Origin: Geosiphon pyriformis uo1
Lineage: Eukaryota; Fungi; Glomeromycota
Direction of reading: 5' to 3'
DNA length: 19,341 bases
NCBI GenBank assembly: GCA_016748015.1
Contig: JAAOMT010000299.1
Coordinates: 1,171,867-1,191,207 of the forward strand
The notes under the pieces are model-generated. The model had not been told where the DNA came from. It made no database searches and saw only the letters and a list, made by a program, of their open reading frames with translations. The position numbers and the translations under genes are program-made. Positions 1-9,460 of this stretch are shown here, piece by piece. How positions within the stretch are numbered: the stretch's first letter is position 1; the number at the start of each line of letters is the position of its first letter.

Positions 1-753
1 TAAGAAATTTTTTGCTTTAAATATTAATCTTTTAGCTGTAAAAAACAAGTTAGTAATAGTAAAAACTCAAGTAATCAAGAAAATTTTTTCAATAATCAAT
101 GGTTTTAGGAGACTACTACTTTTTCAAAATTTAAAAAAATTATTAGATCAATATTTATACAGAAAAAAACATAAAAAAGACTGTATTATTGGCTAAAAAA
201 AAAGATATTTATTATAAATAATAATCTTAAAAAACAAGAAATGCATTCAAATTAAGCTGTAATAATCAAAAAAAATTTATAAATATGCTAAAAAAAATAA
301 TTATTACTACAGTAGTTGAATTTGGTCAAATTGTGTTTATTAAATTATAATTAATTAGGCTGTAATAAAAGACTATAGTAGAATTTGCTAAATTAGATTA
401 AAAAAATTGGTTAGTAGTTAAATAGTTGTTTTTAATTAAAAAAAATTTAGTATAAATAGCTAAAACTATAAGTAATTAAGATATATAAATGTCTAAAAAT
501 TAGTATAAAACTTTTTTGTTTACACTTTTTGTGAAAACAACTACATATAATCTGGATACTTTGTTAAAAAAAACTGGTAAAAAAACTTGTATTATAAATT
601 AATTATTTAAAATAGACAATAAGATTTATTGTACTGTAGTTGGTTTTAAATTAGATCAGAATATAAAGTATGTTTTTTAAATAAAGCCAATATTTGGTAG
701 TATAAGATTTTTTTGTACTAGGTTAAATCTGATATGCTATAAAAAATGGTAAA
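1..753 (+). pseudogene. LINE ORF1 remnant (part 5' of the Tc1 insertion)
   Basis: Near 511-600 reads ~LFTLFVKTTTYNLDTLLKKTGKKTCIIN. Clear DNA similarity to 17800-18150: aattaagctgtaataatcaaaaaa vs aattaaactgtaataatcaaaaaa, and aaaaaactggtaaaaaaacttgtatta vs aaaaaactggtaaaacaacatgtatta. Lies upstream of the APE domain. Confidence 0.6.
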
Positions 754-755
754 TA

Positions 756-784
756 CAGGGGCATATAAAAAGTATTGGACACTT
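756..784 (+). repeat. Left terminal inverted repeat of Tc1
   Basis: caggggcatataaaaagtattggacactt; 25/29 identical to the reverse complement of 2079-2107, with a perfect 21-bp inner core. Confidence 0.95.
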
Positions 785-974
785 AATATAATATATAAAA
801 AAGACTATATATAGTAATACTATTACTAATTTAAGCCATAATTTTTTTTATAATTACTTATAGTTATAATCTACAAATCAACATAAATCGCATTCTTGTA
901 AAACACAACAGTGAATCATACACGTATATATAAAATATCAAACATTCTTGTCATAAAAAAATTTACCGCATTAA

Positions 975-2012
975 ATGTGTCTTGGAAAAGAACTTTTTGA
1001 ATACCAAAAAAGAGGGATTATTTCAGCAATAAAGTTAGGACATATAAACAATAAGATTTCCATGACTATTGGATGTTCACGTTCTTCTGTAATATGTGTA
1101 TAGAAGTTATACGAGCTAAAAAAACTTCCTAAAAAATGAATGGGCTGACCACAAATTCTTAACAAATACGCATGTGAACAACTCAAATATTTAATAATGG
1201 AGAATAAAGAAACCTGCCACCAAACTCTTTCTCAAATATAATTGAATTTTATTAAAGATACTAACAAATCTATTTCTATACAAACTATTCGAAATGGATT
1301 AGCTCAAGAAGGACTTTGCTTGTGCATTTCTTGTCTTAAGCCATTAATTTCCAAATCAAATAAAGAAAAATGTTTACAATGGGCTTGTACTTATAAAAAT
1401 TGGACAGTAGAAGATTTTAAACAAGTTGTTTGGTCAGATGAATCTACATATACACAATTTAGGACTACAGGATTTGGACGTGTATGGCGTAAACCTTCTG
1501 AAGAGTTTCATAAGAATTGTATTGCAGCCACAGTTAGAAAAAACTTTGGTCGCATGTTTTGGAGATGTTTTTCATGGGTTGGTTTGGGTCCTTTAGTTCC
1601 TTTGGTTAGTCATATTACTGGAGTTATACACCACAAAACCTTGGCTAATTATGCAATTCCTACAGTAAAACTTCATGCAAAAAAAACTAAAAAAAAGTTT
1701 TTTTTTCAGGAAGACAATGTACCAATTTACACATCAAAAGTCATGCATTTTTTTCTTACCTCTTCAAATGTTGAATTACTTTCTTGGCCAGCACAAAGTC
1801 CTGATATTACTCCAATAGAAAATTTTTGATCATATATTGAAGTTAAAATTTGTCAACGTAATTCACAACCCTCAAATATTGTATAATTAAAATGGTGGGT
1901 TAAGGAAAAATGGGATGCGATACTTGTAAATTACTATCATAATTTGATCAAGTCTATGCCACATCGAGTTCAAGCTATTCTTAAAGCAAATGAGGGTCAA
2001 ACAAAATACTAA
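975..2012 (+). pseudogene. Tc1 transposase pseudogene (~345 codons, one frame, six in-frame stops)
   Basis: ATG 975 (MCLGKELFEYQKRGII...), G*P in place of GRP, WSDES, FQEDN then exactly 34 residues to the E of SPDITPIEN, C-terminus SMPHRVQAILKANEGQTKY*. The 1242-1829 ORF is the largest open piece. Confidence 0.95.
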
Positions 2013-2078
2013 CATGTATTTTAATATAATAAAAAATTAACAAATTATAAGTTAGTTCTTTTATATAACATATTATAA

Positions 2079-2107
2079 AAGTGTCCAATACTTTTTATAC
2101 CCTTCTG
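2079..2107 (-). repeat. Right terminal inverted repeat of Tc1
   Basis: aagtgtccaatactttttatacccttctg; reverse complement is cagaagggtataaaaagtattggacactt. Confidence 0.95.
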
Positions 2108-2109
2108 TA

Positions 2110-2790
2110 TCTTAAACATTTTTTTTTTGAGTGTAACTTTTCAAGTTTCTCTGTTCTGATTTAAAAAAAATTTATAAGAAGTTTATCTTAAACCAAAATT
2201 ATATTTAGCTTGCTTACTTTTATATAAAAAAAAATGTGATCTGCTATATTTGGTAGCAAGTTTTGAATGCAAATAGTGTTTCTAAAGACTGTTTTTATTG
2301 ATGTTTATTTTGTTTCTGTTACTGAATTTTCTCTTTCTGGTGCTTTACCTTCTAACAAAGTGGTTTTTAGTTTTAAGATATGTTTGTAATTAGTAATCAA
2401 TTAGCTTTTTTGAATTGCTTTTTAGAGCTTTTGGTTAGTCAAGTGTCTATTATAATGTAAAAGCTGAGCAATATAGATTTGGTACTTCTGGCAATTACTT
2501 ATTAATATCTTTTTTTAGCTATTTTTATATTATTAGTTTTAAAGTTAAATTTAGATATGGTTTTAAATAATCTATTATTGTTTTTTTTTTCTTTTTTTAA
2601 CAACAAAAAACAGAAATTTGGATTTCAGTTTTAGTAATTTAAAGGTTTTAATTACCAAGATAGGTGGCTTAAAATCAAAAATAATAGTTTTTGAGATTTT
2701 AGTTGATTTGGTTTTAGTTAGATTAAATTAGTTGTATATTGGCTTAGATTTTTTAATGTTATTTTTATCTTAATAATTAATTATATTTAA
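2110..2790 (+). pseudogene. LINE ORF1 remnant (3' part), heavily decayed
   Basis: Lies between the Tc1 insertion and the APE start, with the same composition as 1-753. No open frame; the call rests on position. Confidence 0.45.
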
Positions 2791-3032
2791 AAATTTGCTA
2801 TAAGCAATATAAAGAAAATGAACAATCTTACTAAACAAAAAAATATTGTTTATTGATATAAGAATAAAGACAATTTTATATTTATTATTATGAAAATAAA
2901 ATTAAGAAGTTAGATTAATTTTTGAATAATAAACAAATTTAATGGAATTAAAATCTTTATTTTAAGTGATAACTTTAATTATTTGGGTTTTAATATAGCC
3001 ATAATAATCAATAATAATATTGCTAAATATAT
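2791..3032 (+). pseudogene. LINE ORF2 N-terminus (start of APE endonuclease), cut by the LTR insertion
   Basis: KFAISNIKKMNNLTKQKNIVY*...IIMKIKL resembles APE motifs I-II (xNVRG...ETK) after G>A decay. Homologous to 18520-18574 (+) and 15780-16030 (-). Confidence 0.75.
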
Positions 3033-3120
3033 TGTTACAGTTGAAATTTATACTTTTTATTAATTATCACATATATTAGCCATTAATGTCATATAATTTA
3101 GCCACTCTATTTTTAGATAG

Positions 3121-3228
3121 TAATCATTGATCTGATCAATGACTTGACTCTTGACTTGATCATTGACCTAATCATTGACTTAACTATTAACCTAATTATT
3201 GACCTAGTCATTGACCTAATTATTAACC
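3121..3228 (+). repeat. Tandem array, 9 x 12 bp (consensus TGATCATTGACC), in the 5' LTR
   Basis: taatcattgatc tgatcaatgact tgactcttgact tgatcattgacc taatcattgact taactattaacc taattattgacc tagtcattgacc taattattaacc. Confidence 0.95.
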
Positions 3229-3240
3229 ACTTTTGACAAC

Positions 3241-3299
3241 TATATAAGCAATGAATTTCTTAGCTATAGAAAGACATGTTCAAAATAATCAAGAATAAA
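3241..3299 (+). promoter_or_regulatory. Putative LTR TATA box (TATATAA 3241-3247) and poly(A) signal (AATAAA 3294-3299)
   Basis: Expected U3/R order directly downstream of the repeat array, and both motifs are identical in the two LTRs. The AT-rich background weakens this. Confidence 0.5.
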
Positions 3300-3763
3300 T
3301 AAAATAACAACTTTTATCTCAATTATTCTCTTATCACTAATTTCTCTTTTTCTACCTTCAAGTATCTGAACATTTTAAAGATAAAAGATTACTTGTTGGC
3401 CTTTATCTACTTTTTTCTTGAAATGTATAAGTGTAGCAATTGAAAATTATTAAATAAAACGTGACTGAAGAGCACATCTGATACTTGATATTGAATTTTA
3501 AGAGCACCAACATGAGGCATAGAATTATACCAAGTGTGATCATTTGTTGACAGTATGGACTATCCCTTTACTTTCAGATTCTCCAGTTATCTTTTGAAAA
3601 GTATAGCAACTGAAATATTTTATGAGACTGATCTCACACATTGAATCTATATTTATTCAATTTGTTCTTTGAAGTTGAATTCCCTTTGATTATTTCTATC
3701 ATCCTACAATCCTGTTCTCCCTTGCTATCCGTTAGCTTGTTACTCCAACCTGTAACATAAAAG

Positions 3764-3781
3764 TAGTGCTCCCTGTGAGGT
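3764..3781 (+). other. Primer binding site (T[G>A]GTGCTCCCTGTGAGGT)
   Basis: Begins 6 nt after the 5' LTR. Restoring one G>A gives TGGTGCTCCCTGTGAGG, complementary to a tRNA 3' end of the form ...CCUCACAGGGAGCACCA (elongator-Met or Ile-UAU-like). Confidence 0.75.
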
Positions 3782-3809
3782 TGTCAAAGTCCACTTTGTT
3801 TCTCATTGT

Positions 3810-5359
3810 ATGGGTGATTATTTATATCTGCCACAACAATTAGAAAAACACTTTGAAGCACACAACAAAAAAGATCTAGACTTTATTGAACTCAATCCTT
3901 TGCCCTCTTGCTTGATCTGCTTCTCCATTGAAGAACAATTCAGCAAACAATTCCAAGACTTTTGGAACTGGTTTCTAAACAAGTATTTAGCTAAAATCTA
4001 CACAGCTTATACAACCTATTACTTTGACCAAGCTTATTTTAAAGACAACTTTGAAGAAAGAAACAACAGCATCAATCAACTTTTATACTCCACAATCTTT
4101 AAACAACAGCCCCCTGATTCTGAATATCTGAATTATCAAATCCATATTTGGATTGCTGCCCATCAAGCAACTAAAACTCTCTTTAAAACAAAAGAAAAAA
4201 GCTATCAAACTGCCCCTGTTTTTGATCTTTTATCAAGTGAATTAGAATACTCCACACAAACAGTTATACCTGAACTAATGGCTCAAAACTCTTTACAACA
4301 AAACATTTTAATCACCCTCCAAGGCATACAGGCTGCTTTAGGGCAAAGAAACAACACCCACTATCATTATTCAGAGACAATGCACAAGATCCAATTGAAT
4401 GGTTAGATGACTTTGAAAGAGCTGTCACAGCCAACCAATATGATAATGAATACAAGTTCCAAATTGTTGGTGGCTATCTCCAAGGCTTTCTTGCTAATTA
4501 GTTCTCACAAAAAACTAATGTTGGTGCTTACCAAAGAATCATTAGATGGATACCAACAAATGCTAGAGAAGAAAATATCTCTTTCACAACCCAGTTTGAA
4601 ACTAAATTTAGAACTTCTATCTTAATCTCAAAATGGCGTATGGAATTAGAAAGAAAAATCCAAGACCCTGGTAAAGTTGTGACAGAATATGCCAAAGCAA
4701 TAAGAAAACTTATTAAACAGGTAGACTTTGGAAGAAATCAAACAGAAGAGCAGAAAATACATTCCTTCACAAAAGGACTAAAAACTAATCTATCATATGC
4801 TCTTTGGCTTCTCTTGGCCTTGAAAGATAATCTCACAATATATATGGCTGTTGAACTTGCCCAAAGAATAGAAAATAACCAAAAAATGCATTTAAGATTT
4901 ACTTTTCCAGTTTTTGCTTCTGTTCCCATTATGGCTCCTGCTCCACAAATGGCTGCTACCTCTTTTACTGCCCAAACTCAAGACTCAAATGAACAGTTAA
5001 TAGATAAGCTTATAGCAAATCTTGCCTGGTTACTGGAACTCTTGGCCCAAGCAGTCAGAAAAAATCAACAAATTCAAAGACCCAGATTTGAATCCCGCTT
5101 CAATCAGCCCTAACAACCACCATATCAAAGACAGCAAAATTATAACCCACCTGTATGTTATCACTGTAAACTAACTGGACACTTCTCAAGAGACTGTAAC
5201 AATCCTCCATTGCTCTTTCCAGTTCCTAGAAATAATAACACCCAGAATAACAGACCCAACAACAATAATGTTCCCAATCAAAGATCTAATCATGTCAACA
5301 TCAATTTCTTTGGAGAAGATCTCTTAGTTGAAGCCACTGTTTATCAGCCTTTAAACTAG
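3810..5359 (+). pseudogene. gag: gag pseudogene: N-terminal extension, capsid-like domain, CCHC zinc knuckle
   Basis: ATG 3810. A 1-bp deletion near 4358 shifts to QDPIEWLDDFERA...; includes the 4640-5113 ORF (QDPGKVVTEYAK..FTKGL). CYHCKLTGHFSRDC at 5156-5197. Ends TAG 5357-5359. Confidence 0.92.
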
Positions 5360-5411
5360 TAGGCATACTTTCAAAGGGTGAGAGTACAAGCCAACCAGAA
5401 AAAAACTCTTT
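5350..5411 (+). promoter_or_regulatory. Putative -1 programmed ribosomal frameshift signal (T TTA AAC plus stem-loop/pseudoknot)
   Basis: The heptamer is in the correct gag phase immediately before the gag stop. The -1 frame is open into pol. A paired structure starts 5 nt downstream. Confidence 0.85.
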
Positions 5412-8042
5412 TTATGCTTTTAATCTAATTGATAATGATCATGATATGGATGAACTGGCAATTAGCACCTCTGAATCAACCAGAAAGAAGAAAAAAGCTA
5501 AGATTGATTTTGTTTTGGACCCAAACAAAGCATCCAAATTATCTGTTGATAACAATGAGCCACTAAAAGCCAAAGTTTTCAAGAATTCTCTAAAGTTAGA
5601 AACCCCAGAAATAGTACAAAAATCTGGTCCATATTTTGTTGTCAAAGATCTCATAGAAACTTCTGCTCACATTACTTTTGGCCAGTTAATAACCCATCCC
5701 TAATTCAGAAAAGACCTTCACAAATCAATAATACCAAAAAAAAAGACACCAAAAACCAACAAGCACCCTTATCAAGCTGAACTTGCTGAGAACAGCAATG
5801 TCACTCCTTTGATTTGCAAAGCCCAAGTGGCTGGTTACTTTATTGATTTGATTCTGAACAGTAGATTATTTGTTAATGTTATTGCCAAACACTTTTTAGA
5901 AGCAATTGGCAAAAAATTAATAAACCATCCATAAGACCAATGACCAATGTACATGGTGACAAAAAAAAAGGGCTGGGCATAGCCAAAGCTATTCCTGTTC
6001 AAATCAATGGCATCAGCATTGAAATTGACATGGAAGTATCTAAAGCAAAAAAATACACCATAATAGTTGGCAATGAATGACTCAAGAAAGCAAAAGCCTT
6101 GCTTGATTATGAACTCTGTGAACTAATCATCAGATGTGGTAAGAAACTCATTGTAGTTAAGTGCCATCATTGGACAACCTCTCCAGTATCCAAGCAGAAC
6201 CAAAAAAAAAAACAATTAGATGAATCAGATGATAATAAGAGTAATGAAAAAGAAGATCAAGAAGAACAAAAAGAAACTGTTAAACTTGCCTATACTATCT
6301 TTACCAGCAATGACAAGCCACTAGATAATATTAAAACTGACAAAGAAGAAATTATGGTCAATAACAAACTGATTTGCTGGCCCTATTATAATATTCTCAG
6401 AAGAACCTTTGATAGAAAATCTGGTAAGAAAGCCAAATACAGTTATTGGTAGCATGGCCCTTGTGTATGGTACTGGTGTAATAAACTTTTGTATTTACCA
6501 AGTAATAAATGCAAATCCTGCCTGATCTATTACAAAGATTGAGAACCAATTAGCTTAATACCTCAAGAAAAATTTAAGAAAATACAAAAGTCTTTTGAAA
6601 ATAAACCACCTGAAATCCAATCACTAGTTATAGAACAAAGAGAACCTTCCCCTGAAGAAAGAAAAATAGACATTGAAAATCTGTTGGCTAGAAATAGCCC
6701 AGTTATTTTAAAAGAAAGTGATACTCCTAAACAAACCCATGTGATACAACACACTATTACCATAAAAAAAACTCATCCTATCCATTTGAAGTCTTATCAA
6801 TCCAATAGACGCAATAATAAGTTTATTAAGAAAGAGATAAACCAGATGAAAGATCTTGGATTCATACAAGAAACCAAGAGTGAATGGGCTTTTTCAGTTG
6901 TAGTGATATCCATGAAAGGTGGAATCTTATGCTTCTGTGTTGACTACTGCCAATTAAATGCCATCATCATAAGAGACATGTACCCACTTCTCAAGATTAA
7001 TGCAATGCTAGATAAATTCAATAGTGTTGCTTTTTTCTCAACCATTGACTTAATTGCTGGATTCTGGCAAGTAGAAATGAATTCAGAAAGCAGAAAAAAA
7101 ACTGTCTTCATTACCAAATATGGCATCTATGAATTTACAGTTATGCTTTTTGGTCTTATTAATGTTCCTCCCACCTTTCAATGTCTAATGGATAAAGTGT
7201 TTGAATCAGTAAAAGAAAACTTTGTTCTGGTGTACTTAGACAACATAATAGTATATTCAAAAATCTGGGATGAACACCTTAAACATCTACAGAAGGTTTT
7301 TGACCCACTTAGAAATACTGGTCTCAAGATCAACCCAATCAAATTTTTTTTTGGACACCAATCCATCTAGTTCCTTGGCCATCTTATTACAAAAAATGGA
7401 ATCTTCCCTGACCCAGCTAAAGTTGAAAAAGTTCAGAACATTAAACAACCAATGAATGTCTCAAAACTATGCTCTTTTCTTGGTTTGGCCTTTTACTATT
7501 ACAAATTTATCAAGGATTTCTCCAAAATTGCCTTTCATCTCAATCAACTACTCAGAAAAAATGTCAATTATCACTGGGGCACTTATCAACAGAAAGCTTT
7601 TGAAATTCTGAAAGAAAAACTTGTTACTAAACCAATTCTCAAGCAACCAGATCTGAATCAACCTTTCATCCTCCATACTGATGTATCTGGCTATGGACTT
7701 GGTGCTGTTTTTTTACAAAAGAACAAAAATGGCAGAGAACATGCCATAGCATATGTCAATAGATCCCTCACACCAGCAGAAAAGAACTACTCAGTAACTG
7801 AACAAGAATGTTTAACAGTAGTTTGGACTACTAGCTACTGGGATCAATATCTTTTTGGTGCAAAATTCTTAGTGGTAACAGATCATTAAGTCTTGGTTTG
7901 GCTGCACAATAAAAAAAAGCTGGAACACAAATGAATAACTCGCTAGATACTCCACTTGGATGAATTCGACTATGATATTCAATACCACAAAGGAGCAAAT
8001 CATCAAAACACTGACGCTCTTTCTAGACTTACTATCCAGTGA
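5350..8042 (+). pseudogene. pol: pol pseudogene: aspartic protease, acidic/Cys-rich insert, reverse transcriptase, RNase H
   Basis: PR: LILNSR (decayed DSG, 5857-5865) and IIVGNE*L, with a frameshift near 5915. RT: FCVDY, FSTIDLIAGFWQV, MLFGL.NVP, YLDN (YLDD). RH: LHTDVS, NYSVTEQE, VTDH, NTDALSR, then TGA 8040-8042. Confidence 0.95.
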
Positions 8043-8106
8043 CAGTACAACCTCTTAAACCAAACCAACTTAATTATTAGTAATTTCTTCACAAACAAAC
8101 ACAATA

Positions 8107-9419
8107 ATGGATTTGGATAACTACTCTGTCTTAATAGAATTTTTGGGTAAAGGACAATACCCACCAGAATACACTCAACAACAAAGAGAACATTTGCACA
8201 AACAATCAAATTTTTATTTGATTTGCCAGAACCAATTATATAAAAGAAATAGAAAAGATCCTGACTGCCTCCAGAGAGTTATCAGATTTGAAGAAAGAGA
8301 AATTATAATATACAATATGCACACTGACTCATTAACTGGACACTTTGGAAAAACAAAAATGATTCAGAAAACTTTAGCTTGCTATTATTGGCCTATTTTG
8401 GGAAAAAACATTGCTGAATACATCAAAACCTGTGATATCTGCCAAAAAAGAGACAAACCCAATCACAAAAAAGATATCCATCCAATTTCTGTTGGTCAAC
8501 CATTTGACAGAATTGGTATAGATGTTGTTGGATCTTTGACAATAACTCCTGATAACAACAAATACATTATTACAGCTACTGGCTATCTTACAAAGTGAGT
8601 AGAAGCAAGAGCCACTTCAAACTAAACAGCAATTTCAATAGCCAATTTTATTTATGAAGATATCATCTGCCATTATGGCTGCCCCAAAGAACTTTTATCC
8701 AATAGAGAAAGAGTTTTTCTCAGTACACTGATTGAAGAACTTTGCAGAAAAATGGGAATATGTCACAAACTTTCCTCTTTTTACCACCTCCAAACAAATG
8801 ACTTAGTAGAACATTTTAATAGAACATTATGTAAAATTCTAGCCAAAACCAATAAAAAAACAAACTTATAGAACAAAATACTGCCTTCAGCTTTGTTTGC
8901 TTATAGAACTGTAAATCATGACATAACAAGTTATGAATTTTTTTATCTGCTCTATGAACACATGGCAACATTACCAATAGAAATTGACATTGAAATAATA
9001 CCCTTTGAAGAAATTACAATAGAAAATTACAAAGACATTTTGCAAAGAAAACTTGGTACCATTCTTGACTCCTTAATAGAAGCACAAATAATTGCTTTTG
9101 AAAAGATAAAATAGTTCCAAGAAAAGCTTAAAAGAAAAAAAACCTATAAAACACTTTCTTTAAGTGTTGGTGACTTGATATTGAAATACCATTCAAACAG
9201 AGACAATGTCTATAGTAATAAATTTTCTAGCTGATGGAAAAGACCCTTTATATTCAACAAAGTTTTAAACAATAGTTCTTATATTCTTCAAGATCAATCT
9301 GGAACAATCTTCAATGATTGTTCTATTCATAGTACACAATTCAAGAAATATCATAAACGACCTGATTGTTGCCTATTGTGGTAATACTGACCCAAATGAT
9401 CAGCAAAAATCAAGTATAA
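8107..9419 (+). pseudogene. Integrase pseudogene (HHCC, DDE core, GPY/F; no chromodomain), in its own frame with its own ATG
   Basis: HTDSLTGH...CDIC; IGIDVVG; LLSNRE (SD); YHLQTNDLVEHFNRTL; ALFAYRT; VGDLIL; KFSS*WKRPF. One frame from 8107 to 9384 with internal stops. A probable 1-bp loss near 9368 would extend it to 9419. Confidence 0.93.
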
Positions 9420-9460
9420 ATAAATGCACTATTTCCAAAACAGAGGTATCTTCAATTAAC

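Larger units (their letters stand above)
756..2107 (+). mobile_element. Full-length Tc1/mariner (DD34E) DNA transposon, 1352 bp, inactive
   Basis: TA at 754-755 and 2108-2109 (target duplication); termini CAG...CTG; 29-bp TIRs; internal transposase. Confidence 0.96.
3033..3757 (+). repeat. 5' LTR (725 bp)
   Basis: Starts TGTTACAG and ends CTGTAACA (8-bp inverted termini). Collinear with 10087-10835 at about 89% identity outside the tandem array. Confidence 0.97.

Noticed and set aside
975-2012. Alternative genetic code (stop-codon reassignment) explaining the in-frame stops
   Set aside because: All three stop types occur, at positions expected to be W, Q or R, and each is one transition away. 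LTR-LTR differences show the same bias, so this is mutation.
3121-3228. 12-bp repeat arrays as CRISPR-like arrays
   Set aside because: The units are directly tandem with no unique spacers, sit inside eukaryotic LTRs, and no cas genes are present.
3465-3473. CTGAAGAG as a hammerhead ribozyme core (CUGANGA) in the LTR
   Set aside because: No correctly placed stem II followed by GAAA in either LTR. The motif is better explained as one arm of the GAAGAGC/GCTCTTT stem.
5339-5377. Short GT..AG intron joining gag to pol
   Set aside because: Under 40 nt with a poor donor and no branch point. The slippery site plus pseudoknot explains the junction better.
9120-9420. Chromodomain at the integrase C-terminus
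   Set aside because: After the GPY/F module only a short tail remains, with no YLVKW-type motif.
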